This document shows positions 27,956-41,493 of a DNA stretch of 64,000 nt, one piece after another (position 1 is the stretch's first letter; every line of letters begins with the position of its first letter). Origin of the DNA: Eledone cirrhosa. Taxonomy: Eukaryota. Location of the stretch: assembly GCA_964016885.1 (NCBI GenBank), contig OZ024743.1:313410001-313474000 (forward strand), given 5' to 3'. A program made the translations under genes and the position numbers. Below the pieces are notes generated by a model. It saw nothing but the letters and a program-made list of their open reading frames with translations. It searched no databases and was not told the DNA's origin.

Positions 27956-30900
27956 TTACAGACACATACTCAGAGAAGGCCCATTCATTCGGGCCATACT
28001 TGCTTCTCTCACCCATCTTTCAACAAAATGCTGGGAAGAGAGCACTTCCCTCTCTACCCTGATTTTCCTTTTCAAATGAAATTTGAAAAAGTTAATCAGG
28101 GCATCACCGAAGAGGTAAGTGCTCGTCTTCAGCCCTTTCAAACGTGTCCACCATACTATCTCTTTCGCCATGGCCACCAGACAGATAAAAACTGCCTACC
28201 CTTCCCGGCTAAAGGAAGGGGGCGGGGCAATCCTCACGATGGACTCAGCTGATAGCTGGATCCGTCCTACACGTGACAGTAGGTGTTCGACATAAACCCA
28301 CAAGTCAGCAATGCTCGGACACTGGACGAGTGCGTGCAGGACGGTTTCGTCGCCCTGCGCGCATCTCGGACATGCCCGGCTGACGGCACCTCCATGCCTG
28401 TAGAGTTTATCCCGAACTGGCAAAGCTCCTCGGTAGCACTGCCAGGCCAGGGATTTCTGGAAGTTGTCCATAGGCCCCGGCCCGAAAGTCCTTCCGAAGA
28501 GATTGGCTAGTTGATTTTCGTCGACGCCTAGAGTTTCTCCAAGTACGTCGTCGCTCTTCCCCTCCACTAATCCCCTATAGAACGCCAAGGTGGAGTTTCC
28601 ACCGATCACATTGCCCGATTGGTCGAGGGCTGTGAGCGCCTGAAGACATTCCAGTCTCCAAGCGCTCCCTCTCGGTCTTCGCTTGACCCACGACTGCAGC
28701 TCCGTCAAGGAGACGAGCTGGGGAAAAACGTGTCTAGCAAACGGCGACCACACCTGATCACCGTCGAGGAAGAGGTGGAGATGTCGTAGCCTGAGCGCGG
28801 GTCTGCGCATCATCAGCCACGGCATGCCCAGCCCTCCACGTAGCGGGTGTTGACAGCAGATGGACCGCCTGACCATCGGAGCGCGTCCCTTCCACAAGAA
28901 GCGAAACAGCAAACGCTCCAGCGCAGTCAGGCGGGGCTTAGGACAAGGTACGACGGTCAGGCGGTAGTAGATGACGGATGCGATGTACGCATTCGCCACC
29001 TCCGCTCGAGCTTTCAGGGATAGCTTCCTCTCGGCCCATTTCTGGGTGAGAGAAGCCACCCTGCTCGTCACCTCGTCCCAGTTTTTGTCCGTCTGGAGGT
29101 CTGGACCGAACCAGACCCCTAGCAATTTAACCGGTCCGTCCGTCCAGCGCCCGACGACGCTGTTGGACGGCATGGACCTGCCTCTCCAGGTGCCGAGCTG
29201 CAGGCCCACTGACTTTTCCTGGTTGATCATTGCTCCTGTCACCGCTTCGTATTCTCTGAGTGTAGTGCCGATCGCCTCGATGTGTTTGGCGTTCGACACC
29301 ACTACGGTGACATCGTCGGCATATGCTGACACGGATCTTCCGCATCCTAGTTCGCGCGGGACCCCCCCTCAACGTCTCCAGTTTGTGCAGTAATGGCTCG
29401 AGAGTCAATACGTACAATAGGGACGAGAGGGGACATCCTTGGCGGACCGAGCGCATGATGTTGAACGGTTCCGAAAGGTGACCGTTCACTCTCACTACAG
29501 AGCAGATGTCGCTGTGCATGGCAGCGATCCAGCCTCTGAAGACGGGCCCAAAGCCAGCCGCCCTCAGGACTGCCGCTAGGTAACGATGGTTGACCCTATC
29601 GAAGGCTTTCGATTGATCTAAATTGATCAAAGACCCACCCTTGCCAGGTTCCCTAGCTACCCTCTCTACAATGGCGCATCCTTTTCACTCTCTACAATGG
29701 CGCATGTCTATGCCTCTCCCACCAGACCACCAACGACAAGCGCCAACCTCTTTGCTAGCACCTTGGCCAAAATCTTGAACTCTGTGTTTAGCAGAGTTAT
29801 GGGCCTAAAATGATCTATGTTATCCCCCTTGTTCGGATCCTTTCTCAGCAGCGCCACCGCTCCTCGGCTCACAGAGCTTGGAATTCTCCCGTTCTGTTGC
29901 CAGTTGCAGTAGACGTCCGCCAAGAGGCCTCCGAACAAGTCTGGCATTTGTACGTAAAGTTTATAGAGCAGACCATCCAAACCAGGCGATTTACCCCTTG
30001 TGCAGCCAGTCATTGCCTCCCGTACTTCAGCGGTTGTTATCGGCTTTTCGCAACACTCCGCCTCAGTGGCCGAAAGCCGCGGCAGTCCGTCGAGGTAGAC
30101 ACTAAAGTCCATCCCTCGATCCGGCCCGCCACTGCCCCCGAACAGTTGAGCGAAGTGTCGCTGAAAAGCTTCACACATTTGCCCGGGATCGAGTAGCATG
30201 CGCCCGTCGTGGTCCACCAAAGACCGGATCGTGGCTTTATTGCCTCGACGCGTCTCCGCCACTCGGGCCCATTGAACGGCTTTCATCCTCTCGTGTCTGA
30301 GAGCACGCACACTAGCTCTGACAACGCAGCCTTCGTGCTTTGCATTGAAGAATTGGTCAAGGGCCAATTTCGCCGTAAGTACGTCGGTCGCGATTCCTTT
30401 GCTAAGCGCCTCGTCTAATTTTCTAACTAATTCTTCCTCTGCTCTATTTTTCTCTATTGCTAAAGCCTTACTAAACCTAATGGATTCTATTCTAATTGCT
30501 CTTTTCAGAGTAAACCACCACTTGTTGTTGACGATGGCCCCGTCAACGCCCGCTTAACTAGTTCGCTACTCCGGTCTCTGTAGGCCTTGCGCGCTGGTAA
30601 GGACGCGTTTAGCTTCCAGTAGCCGGGTCCTCGTCTATGAAGCCTATCTAAGTCAAACACGCAGATCACGAATTTGAGGTCCGTGTAGCTGACTATCTTG
30701 AATTGTGGACAGCCTATGCTAGACCTATCTATTTCCCTACAAAATACTCTATCTAGATATGATCTCGATGACCCTATGCGATTTGTCCAAGTCCACATTG
30801 GTACATTCGGGAAATCCATTCGGTACCTGTCAGACAGTTCAAAACGCCTCAGCAGGTTGGTGAGACTCTTGTACCCTCCTTCCCTATCCACTAATCCCAC

Positions 30901-31357
30901 ACAATCCCAGCGTGCATCTAAGATCCCGTTCCAGTCGCCCACTATCACTAAAGAGCGAGACGTTCCAAGAAAGGTCTCCAGACGCCGGAAGAAATCAGGC
31001 CGCCCTGCTCCTGTCGGGGCATAGACGGCCACTAACCTGAAAGCTTGCCCGTCTCCGCTGGTCACGTGCAGCACCACCAACTTACCTTCTGGGTCCAGGA
31101 AGATGGCCCGTATGGCAAGATCCAAACCTCTCCGAAAAAGCACAGCAACTCATCCCCCCCGATCCCGGACGGCTGGGAGATGCGTACACATCGTAGCCGC
31201 CGAAGATCGGTTCGAAGGCCCGTGCTTCGGAGATTCTGGTCTCGCTGATGGCCACTACATCTATGTTTAGTGACCTGAGGTCGTTGAGCAGGTGGCCCTG
31301 CTTCCATGACAACCCCAAGCCACGCGCATTTATGCTGCCTATTCTGAGTGAGGTCAT
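27956..31357 (-). pseudogene. Tx1-like ORF2 (APE, RT, zf-RVT), frameshifted
   Basis: Fragments: SINARGL/ISETR, VYAP/VGDWN/SYLDR, GYWKLN, KSPGLDGL/FRPITLLNTEFKILAK, DQSKAFDRV, QGCPLS, YADD, KLLG, CPRC..ETVLH..C. Confidence 0.9.
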
Positions 31358-31391
31358 GTTGAAAAGGAGTGGAAAAGATGGGAAAGACCAC

Positions 31392-33370
31392 TTACCTTAC
31401 TTCTCGTAGGGGAAGGACGGTTTTTCCATCCTTTTCACTGCTTGTGGCCTCCTCAGGAAGGATGACCTTATAAATCCTCCTGGAGAGTGCTTGTCGGAAG
31501 TCTCCGATGTCTTTGGGGAATTTTTGTTTTAGTGTCATGTACGTTTTCTGTGTGATGCGAGTGATTTGTATGCGTGGAGGTGGTGTGAATTTTTGGGTTG
31601 TTGTGTAGTCTTTTTCTGTGATGCTGGTGTTGTGTTGGATGTAGTGTAATAATTGCTTGTTGTTCAAATTTAATGCTGTGTAGTGTGTATCGTTTTGGTT
31701 GTTTTGTTTTGTTTACGTTTGTTGTGGATTTGTTGCTGTTTCGCATTTTGGTGACTTTTGTGGTGTAGGTGATGGTGGTGTTGGGGTTAATGATGGTGAT
31801 GGTGTTGGTGTTTGGGTTGATGGGGTTGGTGATGCTGGTGGGGATGGTAGAATATCTGTCCTAACTTTTTTGTTTGTTAATTTATTTACTTCCCTCTGTA
31901 TTTTGTTTTTGGAGGGGGAAGGAAGAGAATTTTTTCTTTTTTGGTTTCTTTTTTTTTTTCCTGATACCGTTTCCCACTCCTCGTCATCTGTCTTCAGTTG
32001 TGATAGGCCGGGGAGTGGAAAATCCTCCACAGGCGTTAGTTTTGGTTGTGGCTTCGTGGATGGTGTAGGCGCTGGTGCTAGTTCTGAAGCGTTGGGTGGT
32101 GGTGGTGTTGGTTTTGCTGGTGGTGGTGGTGTTGGTTTTTCTACTGTTGCTAGGGTTGTTGCTGTTATAGTTGCTTCTGTTGTTGCTGCTACAGTTGTTG
32201 CTGCCATCTCTGCTACTGGTGGTGTTGATGGTTGTGTCACTGGGGTGGGTAGGAGAGGTGGCCTCAACCTTTTAGCCTGAGAGCAGAATGCCTTTAGGTG
32301 GGTTCCTTCACCACAAACGACCCACCTAGGTCTTCTGCCCTCGACAATTACGGTGAGGTGGCTGCCGTCAGTGAGGTCTATTACCTCTGGGATCTCCTCA
32401 ATGCTTTTTTGGTCCGCTTGGATCAGGAGCTCCATCCCAGATCCGGACCAGTTCTCCTGCTTTTCTTTTGCTATTGCTATTATTTTTGTGTTGGCCTCGA
32501 TGCCGGCGAGGACGGCCGCTATTAGCCAGGGAATTTCGATGGCCGGTGGAACGTGGGTCACCCTGATCTTTACGAGTCTCTGGCCACAATAGCTTGGGAC
32601 GAGTGTGAAGTCGTCACTTCTTAATGGGGCCATGGAGTGTTCTCTAGCCTCCTCTGGTGTTTCAAAGAACACGTCAACGGTTCCATATTTCTGCCCACGT
32701 CTGATGTGGGTTTTTCTTGCCCACACATGTCCCAAAGCTTTTTGGATTTGGGACTCGGATGCCCGTTCCACTCGGCACGATTTTACATTTATTGTTCGAT
32801 ACGACACAGTGCATAAGCGCCGATGCTCCATTTTATTAGGTGGCGGGGTGAGGCTGACCCTGTACCCATCTTTCTTTACCATTTGTTTGGCATTTTCTAA
32901 ATCCTCCTGAGTTACCGTAAATGCTTCGAACTGTTTTGCTACTTTGGCAAAACTGAGGGTGGTTTTTTTAATGCCATTGTTGTTGTTGTTGCTATCGTTA
33001 TTTTTGTTATTATTAATTTTAGTTTCAGTTGTGGTGGTGGTGACGTCAGTGAAATTCTGTTTGGGAGAGTCCATTTTGGAAAATATTTCGACATCACGAG
33101 TTGATTTATTTTTTCCTTTTGTTTCTGTTGTCGCGGTGGTGGTGGTGGTGTGGTGGTTGTCGCGGTGGTGGTGGTGGTGGAGGCTTTAACACCTGCAGTC
33201 ATTGGTAATGGCGGGAAATGAATGTCTGCCTGAGACAAATTTAAAATATTGCTAGTGCTTAAATTGTGTGTGTTGGCAGACGTAATATCATTTACAATGG
33301 TGGTGTCGGTGTAAGGTGTTAATTTGTGAGAAAGGCTTTCAGCTGCTTGGTGCAGTGGTGAATTAGCCAT
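31392..33370 (-). pseudogene. Tx1-like ORF1 (RRM-like region, zinc knuckle, Pro/Thr-rich tail), disrupted
   Basis: ORF 32939-33370 frameshifts into 31713-33074, then continues in frame past a CAA>TAA change into 31392-31667. Copy 2 has an intact CVVCGEGTHLRAFC knuckle. Confidence 0.8.
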
Positions 33371-33579
33371 TTTTTTTCAAAGAAAATGTTTGATAATCAT
33401 AAAAGTTTAAATTTTGGGCACAAGGCCCCAATCTTTTTGGGTGTCCTTTTCGGAAAACAATGTATGTGCGTTTATATATAGTTAACAATAAAAATTTTCC
33501 ATAAATGGCAATTTTTAACAAACGGAAATAACAAACCTTTGCGGAGTTCACGATGATACGACTTACTACGTAGGTCGCC

Positions 33580-33612
<33 letters not shown>

Positions 33613-33837
33613 TTCTTTATTAACCACAATGGTTTACATAAAGTAGACATTAAGGACAGTACAGGACAATACAGGACGGTATAAATGGGCATTTCTGCGT
33701 GTAAAAAACAGAGGATGTAATAAAATAAAAAAGAGGGGGGAGACTTCCGAGGGACATTTGTGGAGAAAGCCCATTAAAAGACCACAGTGACCCTGACCAC
33801 CAGGGCAAGTGCCCTCTCCCAGTTTTCCACCTTTAAT

Positions 33838-36800
33838 TTACAGACACATACTCAGAGAAGGCCCATTCATTCGGGCCATACTTGCTTCTCTCACCCATCT
33901 TTCAACAAAATGTTGGGAAGAGAGCACTTCCCTCTCTACCCTGATTTTCCTTTTCAAATGAAATTTGAAAAAGTTAATCAGGGCATCACCGAAGAGGTAA
34001 GTGCTCGTCTTCAGCCCTTTCAAACGTGTCCACCATACTATCTCTTTCGCCATGGCCACCAGACAGATAAAAACTGCCTGCCCTTCCCGGCTAAAGGAAG
34101 AGGGCGGGGCAATCCTCACGATGGACTCAGCTGATAGCTGGATCACTCCTACACGTGACAGCAGGTGTTCGACATAAACCCACAAGTCAGCAATGCTCGG
34201 ACACTGGACGAGTGCTTGCAGGACGGTTTCGTCGCTCTGTGCGACTCTCGGACATGCCCGGCTGACGGAACCTCCATGCATGTAGAGTTTATCCCGAACT
34301 GGCAAAGCTCCTCGGTAGCACTGCCAGGCCAGGGATTTCTGGAAGTTGTCTATAGGCCCCGGCCCGAAAGTCCTTCCGAAGAGATTGGCTAGTTGATTTT
34401 CGTCGACGCCTAGAGTTTCTCCAAGTACGTCGTCGCTCTTCCCCTCCACTAATCCTCTATAGAACGCCAAGGTGGAGTTTCCACCGATCACATTGCCCGA
34501 TTGGTCGAGGGCTGTGAGTGCCTGAAGACATTCCAGTTTCCAAGCGCTCCCTCTCGGTCTTCGCTTGACCCAGGACTGCAGCTCCGTCAAGAAGACGAGC
34601 TGGGGAAAGACGTGTCTAGCAAACGGCGACCACACCTGATCACCGTCGAGGAAGAGGTGGAGATGTCGTAGCCTGAGCGCGTGTCTGCGCATCATCAGCC
34701 ACGGCATGCCCAGCCCTCCACGTAGCGGGTGTTGACAGCAGATGGACCGCCTTACCAACGGAGGGCGTCCCTTCCACAAAAAGCGAAAGAGCAAACGCTC
34801 CAGCGCAGTCTGGCGGGGCTTAGGACAAGGTACGACGGTCAGGCCGTAGTAGATGACGGACGCGATATACGCGTTAGCCACCTCCGCTCGACTTTTCAGG
34901 GATAGCTTCCTCTCCGCCCATTTCTGGGTGAGAGAAGCCACCCTGCTCGTCACCTCGTCCCAGTTTTTGTCCGTCTGGAGGTCCGGACCGAACCAGACCC
35001 CTAGCAATTTAACCGGTCTGTCCGTCCAGCGCTCGACGACGCTGTTGGACGGCATGGACCTGCCTCTCCAGGTGCCGAGCTGCAGGCCCACTGACTTTTC
35101 CTGGTTGGTCATTGCTCCTGTCACCGCTTCGTATTCTCTGAGTGTAGTGCCGATCGCCTCGATGTGTTTGGCGTTCGACACCACTACGATGACATCGTCC
35201 GCATATGCTGACACGGATCTTCCGCATTCTAGTTCGCGCGGGACGCCCCTCAACGTCTCCAGTTTGCAGTAATCGCTCGAGAGTCAATACGTACAAGAGG
35301 GACGAGAGGGGACATCCTTGGCGGACCGAGCGCATGATGTTGAACGGTTCCGAAAGGTGACCGTTCACTCTCACCACATAGCAGATGTCGCTGTCCATGG
35401 CAGCGATCCAGCCTCTGAAGACGGGCCCAAAGTCAGCCGCCCTCAGGACTGCCGCTAGGTAACGATGGTCGACCCTATCGAAAGCTTTCGACTGATCTAA
35501 ATTGATCAAGGACCCACCCATGCCAGGTTCCCTAGCTACCCTCTCTACAATGTATCGCATGAGGTGGAGGTTGTCGAGGATGGATCTGTCGGGAATGGCG
35601 CATGTCTGCGCCTCTCCCACCAGACCACCAACGACAAGCCCCAAACTCTTTGCTGCACCTTGGCCAAAATCTTGAACTCTGTGTTTAGCAGAGTTATGGG
35701 CCTGAAATTATCTATGTTATCCCCCTTGTTCGGATCCTCTCTCAGCAGCGCCACAGTTCCTCGGTTCACAGAGCTAGGAATTCACCCGTTCTGTTGCCAG
35801 TTGCAGTAGACGTCCGCCAAGAGGCCTCCGAACAAGTCTGGCATCTGTACGTAAAGTTCATAGGGCAGACCATCCAAACCAGGCGATTTACCCCTTGTGC
35901 AGCCAGTCATTGCCTCCCGTACTTCAGCGGCTGTTATCGGCTTTTTTCAACCCTCCGCCTCAGTGGTCGAGAGCCGCGACAGTCCGTCGAGGTAGACACT
36001 AAAGTACATCCCTCGATCCGGCCCGCCACTGCCCCCAAACAGCTGTGCGAAGTGTCGCTGAAAAGCTTCACACATTTGCCCGGGATCGAGTAGCATGCGC
36101 GCCCGTCGTGGTCCACCGAAGACCGGATCGTGGCTTTGTTGCTACGACTCGCCTCCGCCACACGGGCCCATTGAACGGCTTTCGTCACCTCGTGTCTTAG
36201 AGCATGCATCCTAGCTCTGACAACGCAGCCTTCGTGCTTTGCATTGAAGAATTGGTCAAGGGCCAATTTCGCCGTAAGTACGTCAGTCGCGATTCCTTTG
36301 CTAAGCGCCTCGTCTAATTTTCTAACTAATTCTTCCTCTGCTTTATTTTTCTCTATTGCTAAAACCTTACTAAACCTAATGGACTCTATTCTAATTGCTC
36401 TTTTCAGAGCAAACCACCACTTGTTGTTGACGATGGCCCCCGTCAACGCCCGCTTAACTAGTTCGCTAAGACGGTCTTTGTAGGCCTTGACGCTGGTAAG
36501 GACGCGTTTAGCTTCCAGTAGCCGGGTCCTCGTCTATGAAGCCTATCTAAGTCAAGCACACAGATCACGAATTTGTGGTCCGTGTAGCTGACTATCTTGA
36601 ATTGTGGACAGCCTATGCTAGACCTATCTATTTCCCTACAAAATACTCTATCTAGATGACCCTATGCGATTTGTCCAAGTCCACATTGGCACATTCAAAA
36701 CAGTTCAAAACGCCTGAGCAGGTGGGTGAGGCTTTTGCACGCTCCTCCCCTATCCGATAATCTCACACAGTCCCAGCGTCCATCTCAGATCCCGTTCTAG

Positions 36801-37221
36801 TCGCCCACTAACACTAAAGAGCGGGAGTTCCAAGAAAGGTCTCCAGACGCCGGAAGAAATCAGGCCGCCCTGCTCCTGTCGGGGCATAGACGGCCACTAG
36901 CCTGAAAGCTTGCCCGTCTCCGCTGGTCACGTCTCGCACAACCAACTTACCTTCTGGGTCCATGAAGATGGCCCGTATGGCGAGATCCAAACTTCTCCGA
37001 AAAAGCACAGCAACTCATCCCTCCGATCCCAGACGGCTGGGAGATGCATACACATCGTAGCCGCCGAAGATCGGTGTGAAGGCCCGTGCTTCGGAGATTC
37101 TGGTCTCGCTGATGGCCACTACATCTATGTTTAGTGACCTGAGGTCGTTGAGCAGGTGGCCTTGCTTCCATGACGACCCCAAGCCACGCGCATTTATGCT
37201 GCCTATTCTGAGTGAGGTCAT
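33838..37221 (-). pseudogene. Tx1-like ORF2, frameshifted
   Basis: Same motifs as copy 1 with mostly different lesions. Confidence 0.9.
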
Positions 37222-37255
37222 GTTGAAATGGAGTGGAAAAGATGGGAAAGACCAC

Positions 37256-39184
37256 TTACCTTACTTCTCGTTGAGGAAGGATGGTTTCTCCATCCTTTTC
37301 ACTGCTTGTGGCCTCCTCCGGAAGGATGTCCTTATAAATCCTCCTGGAGAGTGTTTGTCGGAGGTCTCGGATGTCTTTGTGGAATTTTTGTTTTAGTGTC
37401 GTGTACGTTTTCTGTGTGGTGCGAGTGATTTGTATGAGTGGAGGTGGTGTGAACTTTTGGGTTGTTGTGTAGTCTTTTTCTGTGATGCTGGTGTTGTGTT
37501 GCATGTAGTGTAATAATTGGTTGTTGTTCAAATTTAATGCTGTGTAGTGTGTATCGTTTTGGTTGTTTTGTTTTGTTTGCGTTTGTTGTGGGTTTGTTTC
37601 TGTTACGCTTTTTGGTTACTTTTGGGTGTTGGTGAAGGTGGTGTTGGGGTTAATGATGGTGATGGTGTTGGTGTTTGTGGTGATGGGGTTGGTGATGCTG
37701 GTGTGGATGGTGGCATATCTGTCCTAACTTTTTTGTTTGATAATTTATTTGTTTCCCACTGTATTTTGTTTTTGGAGCGGGAAGGAAGAGAATTTTTTCT
37801 TTTTTGTTTTCTTTTTTTCTTTTTTCCTGATACCGTTTCCCACTCCTCGTCGTCACAATCTGTCTCCAGTTGCGATAAGCCGGGGAGTGGAAACTCCTCC
37901 ACAGGCGTTGGTTTTGGTTGTGGCGTGGTGGATGGTGTAAGCGCTGGTGTTAGTTCTGGCGCGTTGGGTGTTAGTGGTGTTGGTTTCGCTACTGTTGCTG
38001 GGGTTGTTGCTGTTACAGTTGCTTCTGTTGTTGCTCCTACAGTTGTTGCTGCCATTTCTGCTGCTGGTGGTGTTGATGGTTGAGTCACTGGGGTGGGTAT
38101 GAGAGGTGGCCTCAACCTTTTAGCCTGAGGGCAGAAAGCCCTTAGGTGGGTTCCTTCACCACAAACGACACACCTAGGTATTCTGCCCTCGACGATTACG
38201 GTGAGGTGGCTGCCGTCAGTGAGGTCTATTACTTCTGGGATCTCCTCAATGCTTTTATGGTCCGCTTGGATCAGGAGCTCCATCCCAGATCGAGACCAGT
38301 TCTCCTGCTTTTCTTTCGCTATTTCAATTATCTTGGTGTTGGCCTCGATGCCGGCGAGGACGGCAGCCATTAGCCAGGGAATTTCGATGGCCGGTGGAAC
38401 GTGGGTCACCCTGATCTTCACAAGTCTCTGGCCACAATAGCTTGGGACGAGTGTGAAGTCATCACTGCTTAATGGGGCCATGGAGTGTTCTCTGGCCTCC
38501 TGTGGTGTTTCAAAGAACACGTCCACAGTTCCATATTTCTGCCCACGTCTGATGTGGGTTTTTCTTGCCCACACATGTCCTAAAGCTTTTTAGTTTTGGG
38601 ACTCGGAGCCCGTTCCACTCGGCGCGATTTTATCTTAATTGTCCGATAAGACACGGTGCATAGGCGACGTTGCTCCATTTTATTAGGTGTGTGTGTGTGT
38701 GTGTGGGGGGAGCTGACCCTGTACCCATCTTTCTTTACCATTCCTTTTCTAATTCCTTTTGAGTTACCTGGATCGCTTCGCACGTTTTTGCTACTCTGGC
38801 AAAACTCAGGGTAGTTTTCTTAATTTCATTGTTGCTGTTGTTGTTATCGTTATTTTTGCTATTGTTAATTTTAGTTTCAGTTGTGGTGGTGGTGGCGTCA
38901 GTGGTGTTCGGTGTGGAAGAGTTCATTTTGGTTGAATTCATTTCGATATCACGAGTTAATTTATTTTTTTCTTTTGTTTCTGTTGTCGCTGTGGTGGTGG
39001 TGGGGGTGGCGGCTTTAACACCTGCAGTCATTGCTAATGGCGGGAAATGAACGTCTGCCTGAGACAAATTTAAAATATTGCTACTGCTTACATTTCCAGT
39101 GTTGGCAAACGTAGCAATATTTACAATGGTGGTGTCGGTGTGAGGTGTTAGAGTGTGAGGAAGGAGTGACTCTGAGTCATCCAT
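37256..39184 (-). pseudogene. Tx1-like ORF1, frameshifted
   Basis: ORF pieces 38735-39184, 38580-38783, 37603-38574 and 37256-37531; CCHC knuckle. Confidence 0.8.
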
Positions 39185-40821
39185 GATTTTTGAAAGAAAA
39201 ATCTTTGTTTGATAATTATAAAAAGTTTAAATTTTGGGCTCAAGGCCCCAATATTTTTGAGTGTCCTTTTCAGAAATCAATGTATGCGCACTTATATACA
39301 GTTAACAATAAAAATTTTCCATAAATGGCAATTTTAAACAACTGAAAATAACAAACCTTTGCGGAGCTCACGATGATACGATTTACTACGTAGGTCGCCA
39401 ATAATAATAATAATAATAATAATAATGATTATAATGATAATAATAACAACAATAACAACAACGACAACAACAACAACAGTAATATTAACAATTATGATAA
39501 CCATAATTATGTTATTGGCTATAAGAGATGTTCCAGTAGATAAACGCCGCAGATTTCTTACACCAGTAGTATAACCAACTAGTTTTCTTATGTCTAAAAT
39601 ATATATTAAAAATATATCAACAAGTTTTCCCGGTCAAATAAGAATTCAAGAAGAGCTAATAAAGTATAAAAAGCTCCTGCTAGATAAAGAAGACTTTAAT
39701 TTGATTATTACTAAGAAAATTAAAATCTTGCTGAATCAGCCAATTTTTGCGTCTGTCTTTTTCGAAAGGAAATTTCTATGAGGCAGATTTGAAGAAGACA
39801 GATGTGAAATAATGGCTGTAATTTGAGGTTAGGTTAGAAGTATGAAGGAATACAGGACAAAGGTTATGTTTCACCGGAATATTTCGTTATCTAGATGGAA
39901 ATCTTTACTAAATTTCACTAATTTTGAGTGAGATGTATTTGTAGATTGAAAGCTAAAAGTGAACTCAACAGAACTTATTGAATATTCATTTGTTAAATAT
40001 AACGTCATCGGAAACAGACGTGGAGTCAAAGTAGGAATGAATACCTGACGTTTTAAAATTCCCACAGATCACCGAAATGTATCGTTAAGTGGCTGAATAA
40101 TTTTATTTACCTAATTAAGATTCAAATTTATTAGTGCAATGAAATGATGGGCCTAAACGACCTTTTATTATGTTTCAAATGGATGGAACAGACAAAGGGG
40201 CTTTGATCATACGTCTGGTCAATGATAGCATGGGGCACATCAGGCGAAACAAGAAATATAAATAATTATTCCACTCAACGAGGGATACATTACATCAGTA
40301 ATTCCCGACTCTTCATCTGCATTTTACTTCCTATTTTGATACTTAATTCCATATTCCAGGCAAACATATACACTAAATAATATCACTATATGCTACTGTC
40401 CAAACGCTGTTTTTATGATAGCACGTTAGATCAACGGAAACCTATAGAAAGTTCTTCTGAATTATTTATAACATCAGTCAAGAGAGTTAGTTTACCACTC
40501 TTAACATCATATACGTTTACATGAGAGGATTTATTTGTAATTTGACACAATATATTTTACAGAATATACAGCGTACATGTTCTTTTATCTTTTCCCATTT
40601 GTTCAATACATATGAGAGATATTATCTTTGCTGATACAAAAGCCACTGAACGATGGATATTGTCTTTCCGTACATCAAATACTTTTTTTTCAGACAATAC
40701 TCAATATACCTAATTTTTACCAGATGACAATCTTGCATTCTCTATATTTTAATTTACTTCTGACACATTTTGTCACTTTCTTTTTAGCTTCTTTTCTTTC
40801 TGTGAACCACATACATATAAT

Positions 40822-40908
<87 letters not shown>

Positions 40909-40971
40909 CAAACCAGATGGACCATAACGCACCAGAGTACTCAATACTTATGGTAGTAGAGTGGGTAATAG

Positions 40972-41098
40972 GAGAAAGTATGACCCCGACGGCAGAGCTC
41001 AAGCCGTTTCGACGGCTATTTCTGGACTCCAGAAATAGCGAGGTCCAGAAATAACCGTCGAAACGGCTTGAGCTCTGCCGTCGGGGTCATACTTTCTC
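40972..41098. repeat. Near-perfect 56 bp hairpin between (TA)n tracts
   Basis: 40972-41027 versus 41043-41098: one mismatch, 15 nt loop. Confidence 0.92.
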
Positions 41099-41142
<44 letters not shown>

Positions 41143-41450
41143 GTACTTGTCTTATGTGGTTGCTTGACATGGTAGAAATCGCATGGAAATCTCGTTCAAA
41201 CCCCAAACTACGAACTACGATTTTAAGAATAATACTCATTAGTTTCACACGGCTTATAACCTATGGCCATCGGCGGCTCATAGGCCCCGATACACACGGT
41301 TGAGTAAACACCCAACTTATAATTCAACACACACACAACTCAGAGGCAATAACATAGGATTTATAGATGTTGAGACACACAACTCATAGGCCGACATACA
41401 TGTGTCTGGGCGACAAGATGTAACTCCTCTCATATTTTTCTAATTTCAAA

Positions 41451-41493
<43 letters not shown>

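Larger units (their letters stand above)
27712..33579 (-). mobile_element. Full-length L1/Tx1-clade LINE, copy 1, in (AAT)n
   Basis: 5' end GGCGACCTACGTAG, ORF1, ORF2 (APE-RT-zinc finger), and 3' end AATAAAGAAAAG followed by (ATT)n. Confidence 0.92.
33610..39399 (-). mobile_element. Full-length L1/Tx1-clade LINE, copy 2, head-to-tail with copy 1
   Basis: Same termini and organisation; separated from copy 1 by about 30 bp of (AAT)n, with (AAT)n again at 39400. Confidence 0.92.

Noticed and set aside
31392-31667. Apparent conserved third ORF (91 aa) between ORF1 and ORF2 in both Tx1 copies
   Set aside because: It is in frame with ORF1. The TAA at 31713-31715 is CAA in copy 2, so this is the ORF1 C-terminus.
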